DNA of 32,000 bases from Peristeroidobacter soli (GCF_004138485.1 NZ_RYEV01000004.1:163718-195717), one strand, 5' to 3'. Counted from the first letter of the stretch, positions 1 to 9,369 are shown. Program-made: numbers and translations. The notes: generated from the sequence alone by a model not told the origin.

Positions 1-894
1 ACGCCGCCGCAGCGGATCGCCGGGTTGGTCCGCCGGCCCAATCGCAAATTCATATCGATGGTTTCCTCGAGGCTGGGTAGCGCATAGTCTGGCATGCCCA
101 GCACGTGCGTGCGCCCTGCTTCGTGACACACGACGATCACATCGGGCTGGCTGCCATGGAGCAACCCGAGCGAGACGGCCGCATAGGCGGGATGAAACAG
201 CGAGCCCTGCCCTTCGATCACGTCCCAGTGATCCGGTGCCGCCTCCGGCGAGAGCACTTCCGCCGCGCCAGCCTCGAAGTCCGACACCACCGCGTCCATC
301 GGCATGCCGCTGCCGGCGATCATGATGCCGGTCTGGCCCGTCGCCCGAAAATCCGCCTTCACGCCGCGGCGCTTGAGCCCCTTCCAGATCGCGAGCGCGG
401 TGTACTTCTTGCCGAGCGCGCAATCGGTGCCGACCGCCAGGATTCGCTTGCCACTGCGCTTGCGACCCGTGCCGGTCGGAATGCCTCGCGGTGGCGTGCG
501 AACGTCGATCAGACGACGCCCGTGACGCTCGGCGGCCGCAACCAGCGCCGGCGTGTCGACCAGCCGGGTGTGCATTCCTCCGACCAGATCGAGCCCCGCT
601 TCCAGGGCTTCGATCAGCGAGGGCATCCAGCTGTCCAGGATGCGCCCGCCCATGTTGGCCACGCCGATGATCATGGAGCGTGCGCCCTTCGCGTACGCCT
701 GCGCCGGCGTGAGCTTGGGCAGGCCCAGTGAAATCGCATCGGGCGAGCAGGCGAGCTCGCCGACGCATTGTTCGGGCGCCCAGTCCCTGAGGCCAAAGGC
801 CGTTTTGGCGAAGCCCGCCTCGGTCGTATCGCCCAGGAACAGCAGATACGGTTGCGGCAGATCCAATGTGGTCGAGAGGTTTGCTGTTGTCACG
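1..894 (-). CDS. DUF1611-family protein, DgcN-like (putative D-glutamate N-acetyltransferase type); C-terminus lies outside the window
   Basis: Absent from the ORF track because it runs off the window edge. Hand translation of the minus strand from GTG at 894 gives VTTANLSTTLDLPQPYLLFLGDTTEAGFAKTAFGLRDW...ILAVGTDCALGKKYTALAI...VIEGQGSLFHPAYA, the pattern I associate with DUF1611, including the P-loop-like GTDCALGKK. An in-frame TGA at 901-903 caps the N-terminus. The start lies 20 nt after the upstream receptor stop. Confidence 0.75.
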
Positions 895-914
895 TTGAAG
901 TCAACTTGTATCAC

Positions 915-3161
915 TTAGAACTGGAAATCGATGCTCAGACCGACGGTGCGCGGCTGAAGCACGGCGAGGTCCAGACGCACGGGCTGATTGGCACCGTCGG
1001 TCGTGACGCCGCCGCCGGTAAAGGCGCGCTCGTCGGTCAGATTCTTCACAAACAATCTCGCCGTCACCTTATCGAACTGCAGCTCGCCGTAAAGGTCCAC
1101 CACATCGTACGCGGGCAACGCATACGCAAGATTGTCCTCGGTCGTGACGACTTGCGACCAGCGCTCATCGATATAGCGCCAGCCGCCGCCGACGTTGGCC
1201 TCGTGGCCGCCGAAGGCCGTAAACGAATAGTTCGCGGTGATCGCGCCACTGTACTCCGGCACGCCCGGCAGCTGCTCGTCCAGCTTGTTCGGCAGATCCG
1301 ACGGGGTGGACTTCAAGGTCGCATCCGTATACGCGAGATTCAAACCCAGCTGCAGGCCGTCGGTTACGTTGAATAGCGATTCGAGCTCGAGGCCCACGCT
1401 GCGCGCGTCACCGGCGTTATCCAGACCGCTCACACCGGCGAAACTGCGGGCCTGCTGGATGTCGTCCCAATCGATGCGGAAGATCGCAGCGTTGATCAGC
1501 GCGCGACCGTCCATGAACAGGCTCTTCACCCCCACCTCGTAATTGGTCAGCTCATCGGCATCCACCGAGCGCGGCAGGTTGAGCGAGATGGTGTTCGGAC
1601 CGCCCGGCCGATAGCCCGTCGCGACACGCACGTACAGCATGGTGTCATCGCTCAGGTGCCAGCGCGGACTCACCGCGTAGGTGAAGACGTCTTCATCGGA
1701 CTCGCCCGGATCGTTCGCGGTAGGCAGGACGGCACCGCCACTGACCTGACGAAACTTCTGATCGTTGCGCGCGAAACGCAACCCGGTGATCACATCGAAG
1801 CTGTCGGTGATCTTGAAGGTCACATCGCCGAACACCGCGAGCTCCTTGTATTCCGAGGGCAGCGAGGCGAACGCGAAATACGGCAGGAATCCGGGGATCG
1901 GCACGTAATTGAAATCGGTGGCGTCGACGATCTGCTCGTTCTTGCTGTCTTCCTCGGTATAGAACGCACCGACGCGCCATTCGATGGCGCCCTCGCCGCT
2001 GGAGGCGAGCCGGAACTCCTGCGTCCACTTCTCGTGATCGAGCTTGATGTTGAACTTCGCGAGGCCCGGATCGAAGGGCGCGCCCGGCAGTTCCAGCAGC
2101 ACGCTGTAGATGGGGAAGAACGCACCGAACGTGATGCTCGCATCCTGCGTCTGCACGGTATGCGTCTTCGAATAACTGGTGGCGGACACGAACTCGCCCC
2201 ACCCCAGGCCCCAGTTGAGCGTCGCCGAGTAATAGTCCACGTCCTTGCTGAACGGCTCCGCGTTTGCAATCGAGTTGCCGAGATCGCCGTAGGTGCGCGT
2301 GCCGCGATACGGATCGGTGCTGGTCAAGCCCAACGCCATCGTGCCGTTGGCGTCCGAATCCAGACGCTGCCACATGCCACCGAGCTTCAACGAGGCGTTC
2401 TCGTTGATCTGCCATTTCAGCGCGAGGCGGCCGCCGCTCTGCTCCACCTCGTTCACGTCTTGCCGGTTCGTGTAGGCGTTGTCGATGTAGCCTGGCGTGT
2501 TTTGCTGGAAGTAGCTGGCACGCAGCGCCACCGTGTCGCCGAGCGGGACGTTGACGCCGGCACGCGCACCCCAGCCCAGATCGTCGGCGCCACTCACATC
2601 GGAGCCTTCCACACCGGCGCGGAATTCGAGCGCCTCGGTGGTCGGCTCTTTCAATACATACTTGAGCAGGCCGCCCATGGAGCCTGCACCGTACAGCGTG
2701 CCCTGTGGACCGCGCAGCACTTCGACGCGCTCGATGTCATAGGGCATGAGATCGAGCGCGAAGCTGGTCGCGCGAGCATAGTTGTTGCTCGCACCGAGCG
2801 GCGTGTCATCGACATACGTTCCCACGACGGAGCCCGGGCCCACCGGCGCGATACCACGCAAGGTGATGCTAGTCTGACCGGGGCTGCCGCCGCTCGTGAT
2901 ATTGATACCGGGCATGTAGGCCGCGTAGTCCTGCAGCTGCGTCGCGTGTACGCGCGACAACTGCTCCTCGGCGAACGCGCTCACCGACACCGGCACGTCC
3001 TGCACGCTTTCGCTGCGCTTCTGCGCGGTCACGACGATCTCGTCGATCACGCCCGACGGGCCCTCCGCCGCTCTTACATTGGTCGCGCTCATCATCAGCG
3101 CGAAGGCGCTGGTCGAGACTCCTATCGTCATCCTTCTCGACAGACTCGAAACATTACTCAT
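915..3161 (-). CDS. TonB-dependent outer-membrane receptor
   Basis: Signal peptide (MSNVSSLSRRMTIGVSTSAFALMMSATNVRA), plug-domain motifs (IVVTAQKR, VEVLRGPQGTLYG) and a beta-barrel ending in the terminal aromatic ...GLSIDFQF. GGGGAG Shine-Dalgarno lies 5-6 nt before the ATG at 3161, so the ORF-track start at 3188 is probably too long. Confidence 0.9.
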   Translation of the reverse strand: MSNVSSLSRRMTIGVSTSAFALMMSATNVRAAEGPSGVIDEIVVTAQKRSESVQDVPVSVSAFAEEQLSRVHATQLQDYAAYMPGINITSGGSPGQTSITLRGIAPVGPGSVVGTYVDDTPLGASNNYARATSFALDLMPYDIERVEVLRGPQGTLYGAGSMGGLLKYVLKEPTTEALEFRAGVEGSDVSGADDLGWGARAGVNVPLGDTVALRASYFQQNTPGYIDNAYTNRQDVNEVEQSGGRLALKWQINENASLKLGGMWQRLDSDANGTMALGLTSTDPYRGTRTYGDLGNSIANAEPFSKDVDYYSATLNWGLGWGEFVSATSYSKTHTVQTQDASITFGAFFPIYSVLLELPGAPFDPGLAKFNIKLDHEKWTQEFRLASSGEGAIEWRVGAFYTEEDSKNEQIVDATDFNYVPIPGFLPYFAFASLPSEYKELAVFGDVTFKITDSFDVITGLRFARNDQKFRQVSGGAVLPTANDPGESDEDVFTYAVSPRWHLSDDTMLYVRVATGYRPGGPNTISLNLPRSVDADELTNYEVGVKSLFMDGRALINAAIFRIDWDDIQQARSFAGVSGLDNAGDARSVGLELESLFNVTDGLQLGLNLAYTDATLKSTPSDLPNKLDEQLPGVPEYSGAITANYSFTAFGGHEANVGGGWRYIDERWSQVVTTEDNLAYALPAYDVVDLYGELQFDKVTARLFVKNLTDERAFTGGGVTTDGANQPVRLDLAVLQPRTVGLSIDFQF

Positions 3162-3203
3162 GGTCGCTCCCCGTATGTTGTCGATCACCGCACCACAGGC
3201 GGA

Positions 3204-4235
3204 CTACTTGCTGTCTCCCCAAACATTGCTTGCGCAGTACACGCTGCCGTCCCGATAGGTGATGCTGGGCTGACGGTCTTCCGCCAGAAACACCGGCCCA
3301 TCCAGATCCACGTAGTCGCACAGCTGCGCGACCACGAACGACGGCGCCATGGCGAGGCTGGTGCCCACCATGTTGCCAACCATGACTTGCATGCCCAGAC
3401 GGCGCGCCTCGTGCGCCATCGCAAGTCCTTCCGTCAAACCACCGCACTTGTCGAGCTTGATGTTCACGACCTGGAAGCGGCCTTGCAGACCGCGGATGTC
3501 GGCGAGCCCCTGCACGCTCTCATCGGCAGCGAGCGGAATCGGGCTCTTGAATCCGTCGAGGTCGGCCTCGCGCCCGCGCGGCAACGGCTGCTCGACCAGC
3601 TTCACGCCGGCCTCGACGAACGCCGGCATGATGGCCTTCAACTTCTCGATCGAATAACCCTGATTCGCATCGACCCCGATCCAGATATCCGGACGCAGGC
3701 GGCGCACGGCGCGCACGCGCTCTTTATCCATCTGCAGATCGCCATCGAGTTTCAGCTTGAGCGCTTTGGCATGCGGTAGCGCTTCGGCTGCGCTCACGAC
3801 CGCCGGCGGACCGTCGGCGCTCAAGGTGAATGTCGTGATTTTCGGCACGAGACTTTCCACGCCCGCCAGTCGCCACACCGGCACGCCGGCATGTTTGGCT
3901 TCCAGATCCCACAGCGCGCAGTCGAGCGCGTTGCGAGCACCGCCCAGCGGCAGCAGCTCAAGCAGCTGCGCCCGCGTGAGGCCGCTCTCGATGATCCGGC
4001 GGTGGGCCTCGAGCGTCTCAACGATCTGCTCGGGCGTGTCTTTGAGGTAGTACACACCGGCCGCTTCACCGCGACCGCGGGCGCGCTCGCTTTCCAGGGT
4101 CACCACGACCACGGGCACTTCGGTGAACGTGTAGCCGGAGATCCGGAACGGATTGCGCAATCGCAACCGCTCGATCTCGACCTGCATCTGCATGGGAACC
4201 GCGGTGCTCATCATCATCGACTCGGCAGTGCTCAT
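3204..4235 (-). CDS. Enolase-superfamily (MLE subgroup) dipeptide epimerase / N-acyl amino acid racemase-like, DgcA-like
   Basis: KLKLD (KxK), IGVDANQGY, VEQPLP, ADES and NIKLDKCGG motifs match the metal ligands and catalytic lysines of L-Ala-D/L-Glu epimerase-type enzymes. GAGGA Shine-Dalgarno lies 5 nt before the ATG at 4235 and overlaps the upstream stop. Confidence 0.85.
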   Translation of the reverse strand: MSTAESMMMSTAVPMQMQVEIERLRLRNPFRISGYTFTEVPVVVVTLESERARGRGEAAGVYYLKDTPEQIVETLEAHRRIIESGLTRAQLLELLPLGGARNALDCALWDLEAKHAGVPVWRLAGVESLVPKITTFTLSADGPPAVVSAAEALPHAKALKLKLDGDLQMDKERVRAVRRLRPDIWIGVDANQGYSIEKLKAIMPAFVEAGVKLVEQPLPRGREADLDGFKSPIPLAADESVQGLADIRGLQGRFQVVNIKLDKCGGLTEGLAMAHEARRLGMQVMVGNMVGTSLAMAPSFVVAQLCDYVDLDGPVFLAEDRQPSITYRDGSVYCASNVWGDSK

Positions 4236-4242
4236 TGTTTCC

Positions 4243-6246
4243 TCAGTAGTTCGCATCGAATGCGATGAGATGGAACGTCAGCGCGAGATACAGCAGCAGG
4301 AGCAGCGACAGCGCCACCACGACCGCCCAGAATTTCGCGTACCACTTGCGCGGGCCGCGCACGACCACCCAGGCATTCCAGACACCGAAGATCGCGCCGC
4401 CGACGAACACGACGAGCGACAGCAACTGCATCAGCCACACCCAGGCATCGGAGCTCTCCGAGAGCAGCACCAGGTTGCCCATCATCTTGCCGATCGTCAT
4501 CGCCCAGCCGATGCACAGCACGACGGCGGCGGTCGCGGCGATGCGAACCCAGCGATGCGCCTTGGCATCCTCACCGGACAATCCGTAAGCCACGCCGTAG
4601 TGACGACGCACCAGCGCGGACACCGGCCAGGCGAGACTCGTGAGCAACAGCGCGATCACGCCGAGGATCAGCGCAGGCAGCAGCCAGCTGGGCGAACGCG
4701 ACGCCGGCGTGCGATCGAACATCATGAACGGCGAGATCCCATCGAAGCTGAACCGGACGACCTGCCCGTCGGTCACCTGCGCGGACAACAGATTCTTGCC
4801 ATCGACATCGCGATACACGAACGGCTCGATCTCACGCCATTTGATGGGCGCACCCGCGAGGTTCCGGGCCATCGACACGCTGATGGTGTGGTCCGGATTG
4901 GGCATGACTTTGATGGGACCGGCGAGGCCCAACAGCTTGAAGAAGCTCGAGTCGGCGCGACGCGAGTTCTCATACACCCCGGCCATCATGCGGGCGTGCT
5001 CGGCCGCGGTTTTCTCATCGACCTTGCCGTCGAGCGGCGCGCCCGGCAGATACCGGTCGGCGAACTGATCGAACAGCGTGCTGCGGATCTGGTGAGAGGC
5101 GCCCGGCTTGCCGGCGCTGTTCAAGGAGATATACATGCCGACGCCGTCGTCGATGAACAGATGCAGATCGCTGTGGAACCAGTTGGTGTCGCCGCCATGA
5201 CCGAGCGCACGATGACCGTTGTAGTTCTGCTCATAGAAGCCGAGCAGCATCCGCTGCACGCGCGGCAGGATGGTGAGCGCGGTGGAGTGCATCTGTTTCG
5301 CGGTGTCTTCCTGCAGAATGCGCACCGAGCCGAACGCGCCGTTTTGCAGATGAGCGATCATGAACTTCGCCATGTCCGCGCCCGACGCGGCAAGGCTGCC
5401 GGCCGGCGACACACCGACAATTTCATACGGCTTGGCTTCGCCTGAAGAGGCAAGCTCATAGCCACTCGACATCAGCGGCTGCAGATTCTCGGGCAACGGC
5501 TGACGGAAGCTTGCATGCTGCATGCCCAGCGGCGCGAAGATGTTCTGTTCGATGTAGTCGTAGAACGGCACGCCCGAGACACGCTGCACGATATAACCGG
5601 CGAGCGCGGTCGCGTAGTTGGAGTACGCCGGCGTCGTGCCCGGTGCGAAGATCCGCTCCGGCACCCAGTTCTTCAGCCGCTCATCGAAGGGCTTCACCGA
5701 CGCGCGATTCTCGCCCATCAAGCCCTTGAGCTGCTCTTCGAAGCCGGCCGTGTGGGTCATGATGTTGCGCAGGGTGACGGGCTGACCGTCGCGCGCCGGA
5801 ATCTGGAAATCCAGATACTTGTTGACGTCGGCATCCAGATCGAGCTTGCCCTGCTCGACCTGCTGCATCACCGCCGTCCAGGTGAACAGCTTGGAGATCG
5901 AACCGGGACGAAACAGCGTGAGCTCCGGATCGACCGGCTTGCGGGCTTTCACGTCCGAGTAGCCATAGCCCTTCTGCACCAGGACCTGACCGTCCTTCAC
6001 GACGACCACGACGGCGCCGGCGACATCGCCGGTCTGCAGCGCATACGGCAGATAGCCATCGAGCCAGGCCTCGACGTTCTCACGGGTCAGTGGCGCCGCC
6101 CCGGCCGGTTCCGCCGGCGGCACGGTCGCTTCGGTCGCAGGCCCCGGCGGCGGCAGTGGAGCGCCCTCCTGGGCCAAGCCCAGAGTGGCCCAGGAAAACA
6201 GGGCAGTACACAACGTCGCCCTCGTTATCGCCTTGGCTAAGCGCAT
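4243..6246 (-). CDS. Serine hydrolase, beta-lactamase/PBP4*-like fold, with a C-terminal four-helix membrane domain
   Basis: Signal peptide, then SISKLFT (SxxK) and a YSN box (YSNYATAL) typical of class C beta-lactamase-fold hydrolases. The last ~148 aa hold four hydrophobic helices. GAGGA Shine-Dalgarno lies 4 nt before the ATG at 6246. Confidence 0.85.
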   Translation of the reverse strand: MRLAKAITRATLCTALFSWATLGLAQEGAPLPPPGPATEATVPPAEPAGAAPLTRENVEAWLDGYLPYALQTGDVAGAVVVVVKDGQVLVQKGYGYSDVKARKPVDPELTLFRPGSISKLFTWTAVMQQVEQGKLDLDADVNKYLDFQIPARDGQPVTLRNIMTHTAGFEEQLKGLMGENRASVKPFDERLKNWVPERIFAPGTTPAYSNYATALAGYIVQRVSGVPFYDYIEQNIFAPLGMQHASFRQPLPENLQPLMSSGYELASSGEAKPYEIVGVSPAGSLAASGADMAKFMIAHLQNGAFGSVRILQEDTAKQMHSTALTILPRVQRMLLGFYEQNYNGHRALGHGGDTNWFHSDLHLFIDDGVGMYISLNSAGKPGASHQIRSTLFDQFADRYLPGAPLDGKVDEKTAAEHARMMAGVYENSRRADSSFFKLLGLAGPIKVMPNPDHTISVSMARNLAGAPIKWREIEPFVYRDVDGKNLLSAQVTDGQVVRFSFDGISPFMMFDRTPASRSPSWLLPALILGVIALLLTSLAWPVSALVRRHYGVAYGLSGEDAKAHRWVRIAATAAVVLCIGWAMTIGKMMGNLVLLSESSDAWVWLMQLLSLVVFVGGAIFGVWNAWVVVRGPRKWYAKFWAVVVALSLLLLLYLALTFHLIAFDANY

Positions 6247-6394
6247 CGCATCCTCACCTGACATCGGGGACCGCTCTGGCGGCGGCGGTATTTTCTCCTA
6301 TTGGCAATAATAGTCCTGATTAGAGAATCGTCAACCTGATCATGCAAAACAACGCCGGTGCGCGCCTCGGCCGGTCCGTTACAATCCGACCTCA

Positions 6395-7153
6395 ATGAAA
6401 ACACCCAAAGCTGCCGAAAAATCCGCTGTTCCGCCCGCCGAGCGCCCCGCGGACAAGCCGACGCTCGGCCGCGTCCTGCGCGCCCTGCGGACCCGCAACG
6501 ACTGGACCTTGAAGGAAATGAGCGATCGCACCGGCATTCCGCTGTCGACGCTCGCGAAGGTCGAGCACGACCGGCTGACGCTCACCTACGACAAGCTGTT
6601 GCAGCTGAGCGAGCGTCTGAAAATCCGCATGTCGGATCTGTTCGCCGAGTCGAGCGAGCCCACGGCGCAGCCGGTCACCGCCCGACGCAGCATCGGCAGA
6701 ATGGAGCGCGCGATCCGCGTCAACACGCCGAACTACGATTATTTCTATTTATGCGCGGAGCTGCGCCGTAAACGGATGATTCCCATCCTGACGCGCATCC
6801 GCGCCAAGAGCGTCGAGGAATTCGGCGAGCTGGTGCATCACTCCGGCGAGGAATATATCTACGTGCTGGAAGGCCAGGTGGAGATCCACACCGAGTTCTA
6901 CGATCCCATCGTGCTGTCCGCCGGCGAGTCCATCTATATCGATTCGAACATGGGCCATGCGTACGTCGCCGCCGAGGGCTGCGACGAGGCGACCGTGCTC
7001 GGCGTGTGCTCGAGCGCCGATGAGGAGGATCTGATGGAGTCGCTGATGGAATTGCACGGCGACGATCAGGTGCGCCTGTCGCCGCCGGAAGAAACATCGC
7101 GCGCGACGCCGGCCGCCAAGCCCAAAGCGCGCTCGAAAAAGACCGCGGCTTAA
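6395..7153 (+). CDS. XRE-family HTH transcriptional regulator with a C-terminal cupin domain
   Basis: LGRVLRALRTRNDWTLKEMSDRTGIPLSTLAKVEHD is an XRE helix-turn-helix. HSGEEYIYVLEGQVEIH...GESIYIDSNMGHAY is cupin-like. It is divergent from the hydrolase operon. Confidence 0.85.
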   Translation: MKTPKAAEKSAVPPAERPADKPTLGRVLRALRTRNDWTLKEMSDRTGIPLSTLAKVEHDRLTLTYDKLLQLSERLKIRMSDLFAESSEPTAQPVTARRSIGRMERAIRVNTPNYDYFYLCAELRRKRMIPILTRIRAKSVEEFGELVHHSGEEYIYVLEGQVEIHTEFYDPIVLSAGESIYIDSNMGHAYVAAEGCDEATVLGVCSSADEEDLMESLMELHGDDQVRLSPPEETSRATPAAKPKARSKKTAA

Positions 7154-8244
7154 GTCAGCAGCTTCAACGTGCTGGCGCTGGTCAGGGCGATCGCGACAGC
7201 GACTGTGACTGCGAGCGCCACGATGCGGCCGCCGAGCTGACGCATCGAGTCGACCGACACTCCGAGCCCCATCGCGCACATCCCGGCGATAAGGAGCCAG
7301 CTCGACACGCTGCCGGCGACCGCTAGCAGCGCATTCCATCCTTGCCGAGCCACCGAACCGGCGCTCAACCAGGTATCCGCCGCCATTCGTAGCGCCGCGA
7401 GCGCGATGAACGCGAGGATGAATCCGGGCAGCACATCCAGCAGACGCGGCCGCTTCGATGCATCCACCGACTCGCCGCGCACATTCATCAGCGTCGCGAG
7501 CAATGGCACCAGGATCAGCAACGACAGATTGCGGAACAGCTTGGTCGCCCCCGCCATCGCGGCGGCGCCCGGCACGTCGAAGTGCTGTTCGTACAGCAAG
7601 GCGGCGCCGATCACCTGACTGGTGTCGTGAATGGACGTGCCCAGAAACACCGCGGCCGCGCGCGGATCGTTTGCAAACAGCTCCTGCGCAAGCCACGGAT
7701 AGAACAACATCCCTGCGCCGCCGATCAGTACCACGCAGCACAACGCCGCCCCCGTTTCTTCCGCTCGCGCGCGAACGACCGAGGCCGTCGCTGCGATCGC
7801 GGTACATCCACACACGGCACTGCCCACCGCGAGCAGCGCCCGCAGCGGCGCTCTGATCGACAGCCACCTGCCGATGACCGCGCTCACGAGTAATGCCACG
7901 CTGATGCAGGCGACGATGACCGGCAGCGCCAGACCGATGACGGATTCGACGCCACGCAGCGTCAGCTGCAATCCCACCAGCGCGATACCGGTCCGCAGTA
8001 ACTGGTGAGCAATCCATTCGACGCCAGGTCGCGATTCATCGGCCACGCCGTGCCAATGGCGCCAGCAGATGCCGAGCGCGATGGCAAAGAGCACGGGACT
8101 CAGCACCGGTTTGGGAGAATCGCTCAGCGGCGCGCTCAGCATCTGCGCCGCCATGGCACCGGCGAGCGCCAGCACCGACACCAGCACGATGCCCGGTGCC
8201 CGACCGCGCCAGCGCTCCATCCAATGGGCAAACGCGACCGTCAT
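7150..8244 (-). CDS. YeiH/UPF0324-family integral membrane protein (putative sulfate exporter family)
   Basis: Polytopic membrane protein with the GSAVCGCTAIAATASV motif characteristic of the YeiH family. Confidence 0.8.
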   Translation of the reverse strand: MTVAFAHWMERWRGRAPGIVLVSVLALAGAMAAQMLSAPLSDSPKPVLSPVLFAIALGICWRHWHGVADESRPGVEWIAHQLLRTGIALVGLQLTLRGVESVIGLALPVIVACISVALLVSAVIGRWLSIRAPLRALLAVGSAVCGCTAIAATASVVRARAEETGAALCCVVLIGGAGMLFYPWLAQELFANDPRAAAVFLGTSIHDTSQVIGAALLYEQHFDVPGAAAMAGATKLFRNLSLLILVPLLATLMNVRGESVDASKRPRLLDVLPGFILAFIALAALRMAADTWLSAGSVARQGWNALLAVAGSVSSWLLIAGMCAMGLGVSVDSMRQLGGRIVALAVTVAVAIALTSASTLKLLT

Positions 8245-8373
8245 CGCGACGGCCAGTCGTGTGGGGACTTCATGCCGGCCAGCTTAGTCAGCCGGCCGGG
8301 CGACACGATTGCGAAGTTGAGGAAGCGGACCGCGCCGGACGCAACATTGTTGCGCCATCGTGCGCTGGTTGGA

Positions 8374-8973
8374 TCAGCTCAGGGTGCGGCGGCCGGCGAG
8401 CGCATGGGCGAGCGTGCCGCCGTCCACATACTCGAGCTCACCGCCGATCGGCACGCCGTGAGCGATGCGACTGGATTTCACGTTGCGACGGGCGGCGATC
8501 TCGGCGATCACGTGCGCGGTGGCATCGCCCTCCACCGTCGTGTTGGTGGCGAGAATCGCCTCGGTGATCTCGCCCTCAGCCAGCAATGTTTCCAATTGCG
8601 CGAAGCCGAGCTCATCGGGTCCGATGCCATCCAGCGGCGAAAGATGGCCCATCAGGACGAAATACGTGCCGCGATAACTGCCTGACTGCTCGATCGCCGC
8701 GACATCGGCGGGCGACTCCACCACGCACAGCGTCCCGCGATCGCGCGAGGCGTTGGCGCAAATTGGACACAGATCCGCATCGGCGAACATCCGGCAGCGC
8801 TGGCACCGGCCGACGCCGACCACTGCCTTCTGCAAGGCATCGGCCAGCAGGCTGGCGGCGTTGCGATCCTTTTCCAGCAGATGAAACGCCATGCGCTGCG
8901 CCGACTTCGGCCCGACGCCGGGCAGACAACGCAGCGCCTCGATCAGGCGAATGAGAGAGGGTGGGTAGATCAT
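8374..8973 (-). CDS. recR: Recombination protein RecR
   Basis: [24 protein letters not shown] (helix-hairpin-helix), C4 zinc finger [16 protein letters not shown] and a Toprim region. Conserved dnaX-ybaB-recR synteny. Confidence 0.95.
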   Translation of the reverse strand: MIYPPSLIRLIEALRCLPGVGPKSAQRMAFHLLEKDRNAASLLADALQKAVVGVGRCQRCRMFADADLCPICANASRDRGTLCVVESPADVAAIEQSGSYRGTYFVLMGHLSPLDGIGPDELGFAQLETLLAEGEITEAILATNTTVEGDATAHVIAEIAARRNVKSSRIAHGVPIGGELEYVDGGTLAHALAGRRTLS

Positions 8974-8980
8974 TCGACAT

Positions 8981-9012
8981 CAAAAGCGCCGGCCGAACGA
9001 TGCGGTCGGCGC
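8981..9012 (-). terminator. Hairpin plus U-run between ybaB and recR (possible intra-operon attenuator)
   Basis: On the minus strand, GCGCCGACCG-catcgtt-CGGCCGGCGC (10-bp stem with one mismatch) is followed by TTTTG. Confidence 0.45.
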
Positions 9013-9027
9013 GAGCGGACGATTCCT

Positions 9028-9354
9028 TCAGAACGGCATCTTGAAGCCCGGGGGCAGATTCAGGCCGCCCATCAGGCTCGACATTCTTTCCTGGGTGGTG
9101 CGATCGACCTTCTGCACGGCGTCGTTGATGGCCGCGGCGATCAGATCTTCCAGCATGTCCTTGTCGTCGCTGCTCACGATCGACGCATCGAGCGACACGC
9201 GACGCACTTCGTGCTTGCCGGTCATCACCACCTTGGCCATGCCGCCGCCCGCCTCGCCCGTGACTTCGAGCTGGGCGATCTCGGCCTGCGCGCGCTGCAT
9301 GTTGGCTTGCAGCTGCTGCGCCTGTTTCATCATGTTGCCGATATTGCCTTTCAT
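9028..9354 (-). CDS. ybaB: Nucleoid-associated protein YbaB/EbfC
   Basis: 108 aa, MKGNIGNMMKQAQQLQANMQRAQAEIA...PPGFKMPF, the classic YbaB sequence and position. Confidence 0.95.
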   Translation of the reverse strand: MKGNIGNMMKQAQQLQANMQRAQAEIAQLEVTGEAGGGMAKVVMTGKHEVRRVSLDASIVSSDDKDMLEDLIAAAINDAVQKVDRTTQERMSSLMGGLNLPPGFKMPF

Positions 9355-9369
9355 AGCTGAAACACTCCG

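Noticed and set aside
105-1376. Plus-strand ORFs 105-731, 553-918 and 768-1376 at the left edge
   Set aside because: They are antisense to the DUF1611 gene and the receptor 3' end, and the peptides are low-complexity Arg-rich.
1656-3779. 707-aa plus-strand ORF overlapping the TonB-dependent receptor and epimerase genes
   Set aside because: This is an antisense shadow ORF typical of high-GC DNA. The product is Arg/Ala/Gly/His-rich low-complexity with no recognisable motifs, while the opposite strand encodes two proteins with clear family signatures and Shine-Dalgarno sequences.
4153-5445. 430-aa plus-strand ORF opposite the serine hydrolase
   Set aside because: Shadow ORF. The minus strand carries SxxK/YSN hydrolase motifs and TM helices.
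6749-8017. 422-aa minus-strand ORF overlapping both the XRE-cupin gene and the YeiH-family gene
   Set aside because: It is out of frame with the YeiH-family protein and antisense to the regulator. The product is Arg/Gly-rich with no TM segments or motifs.
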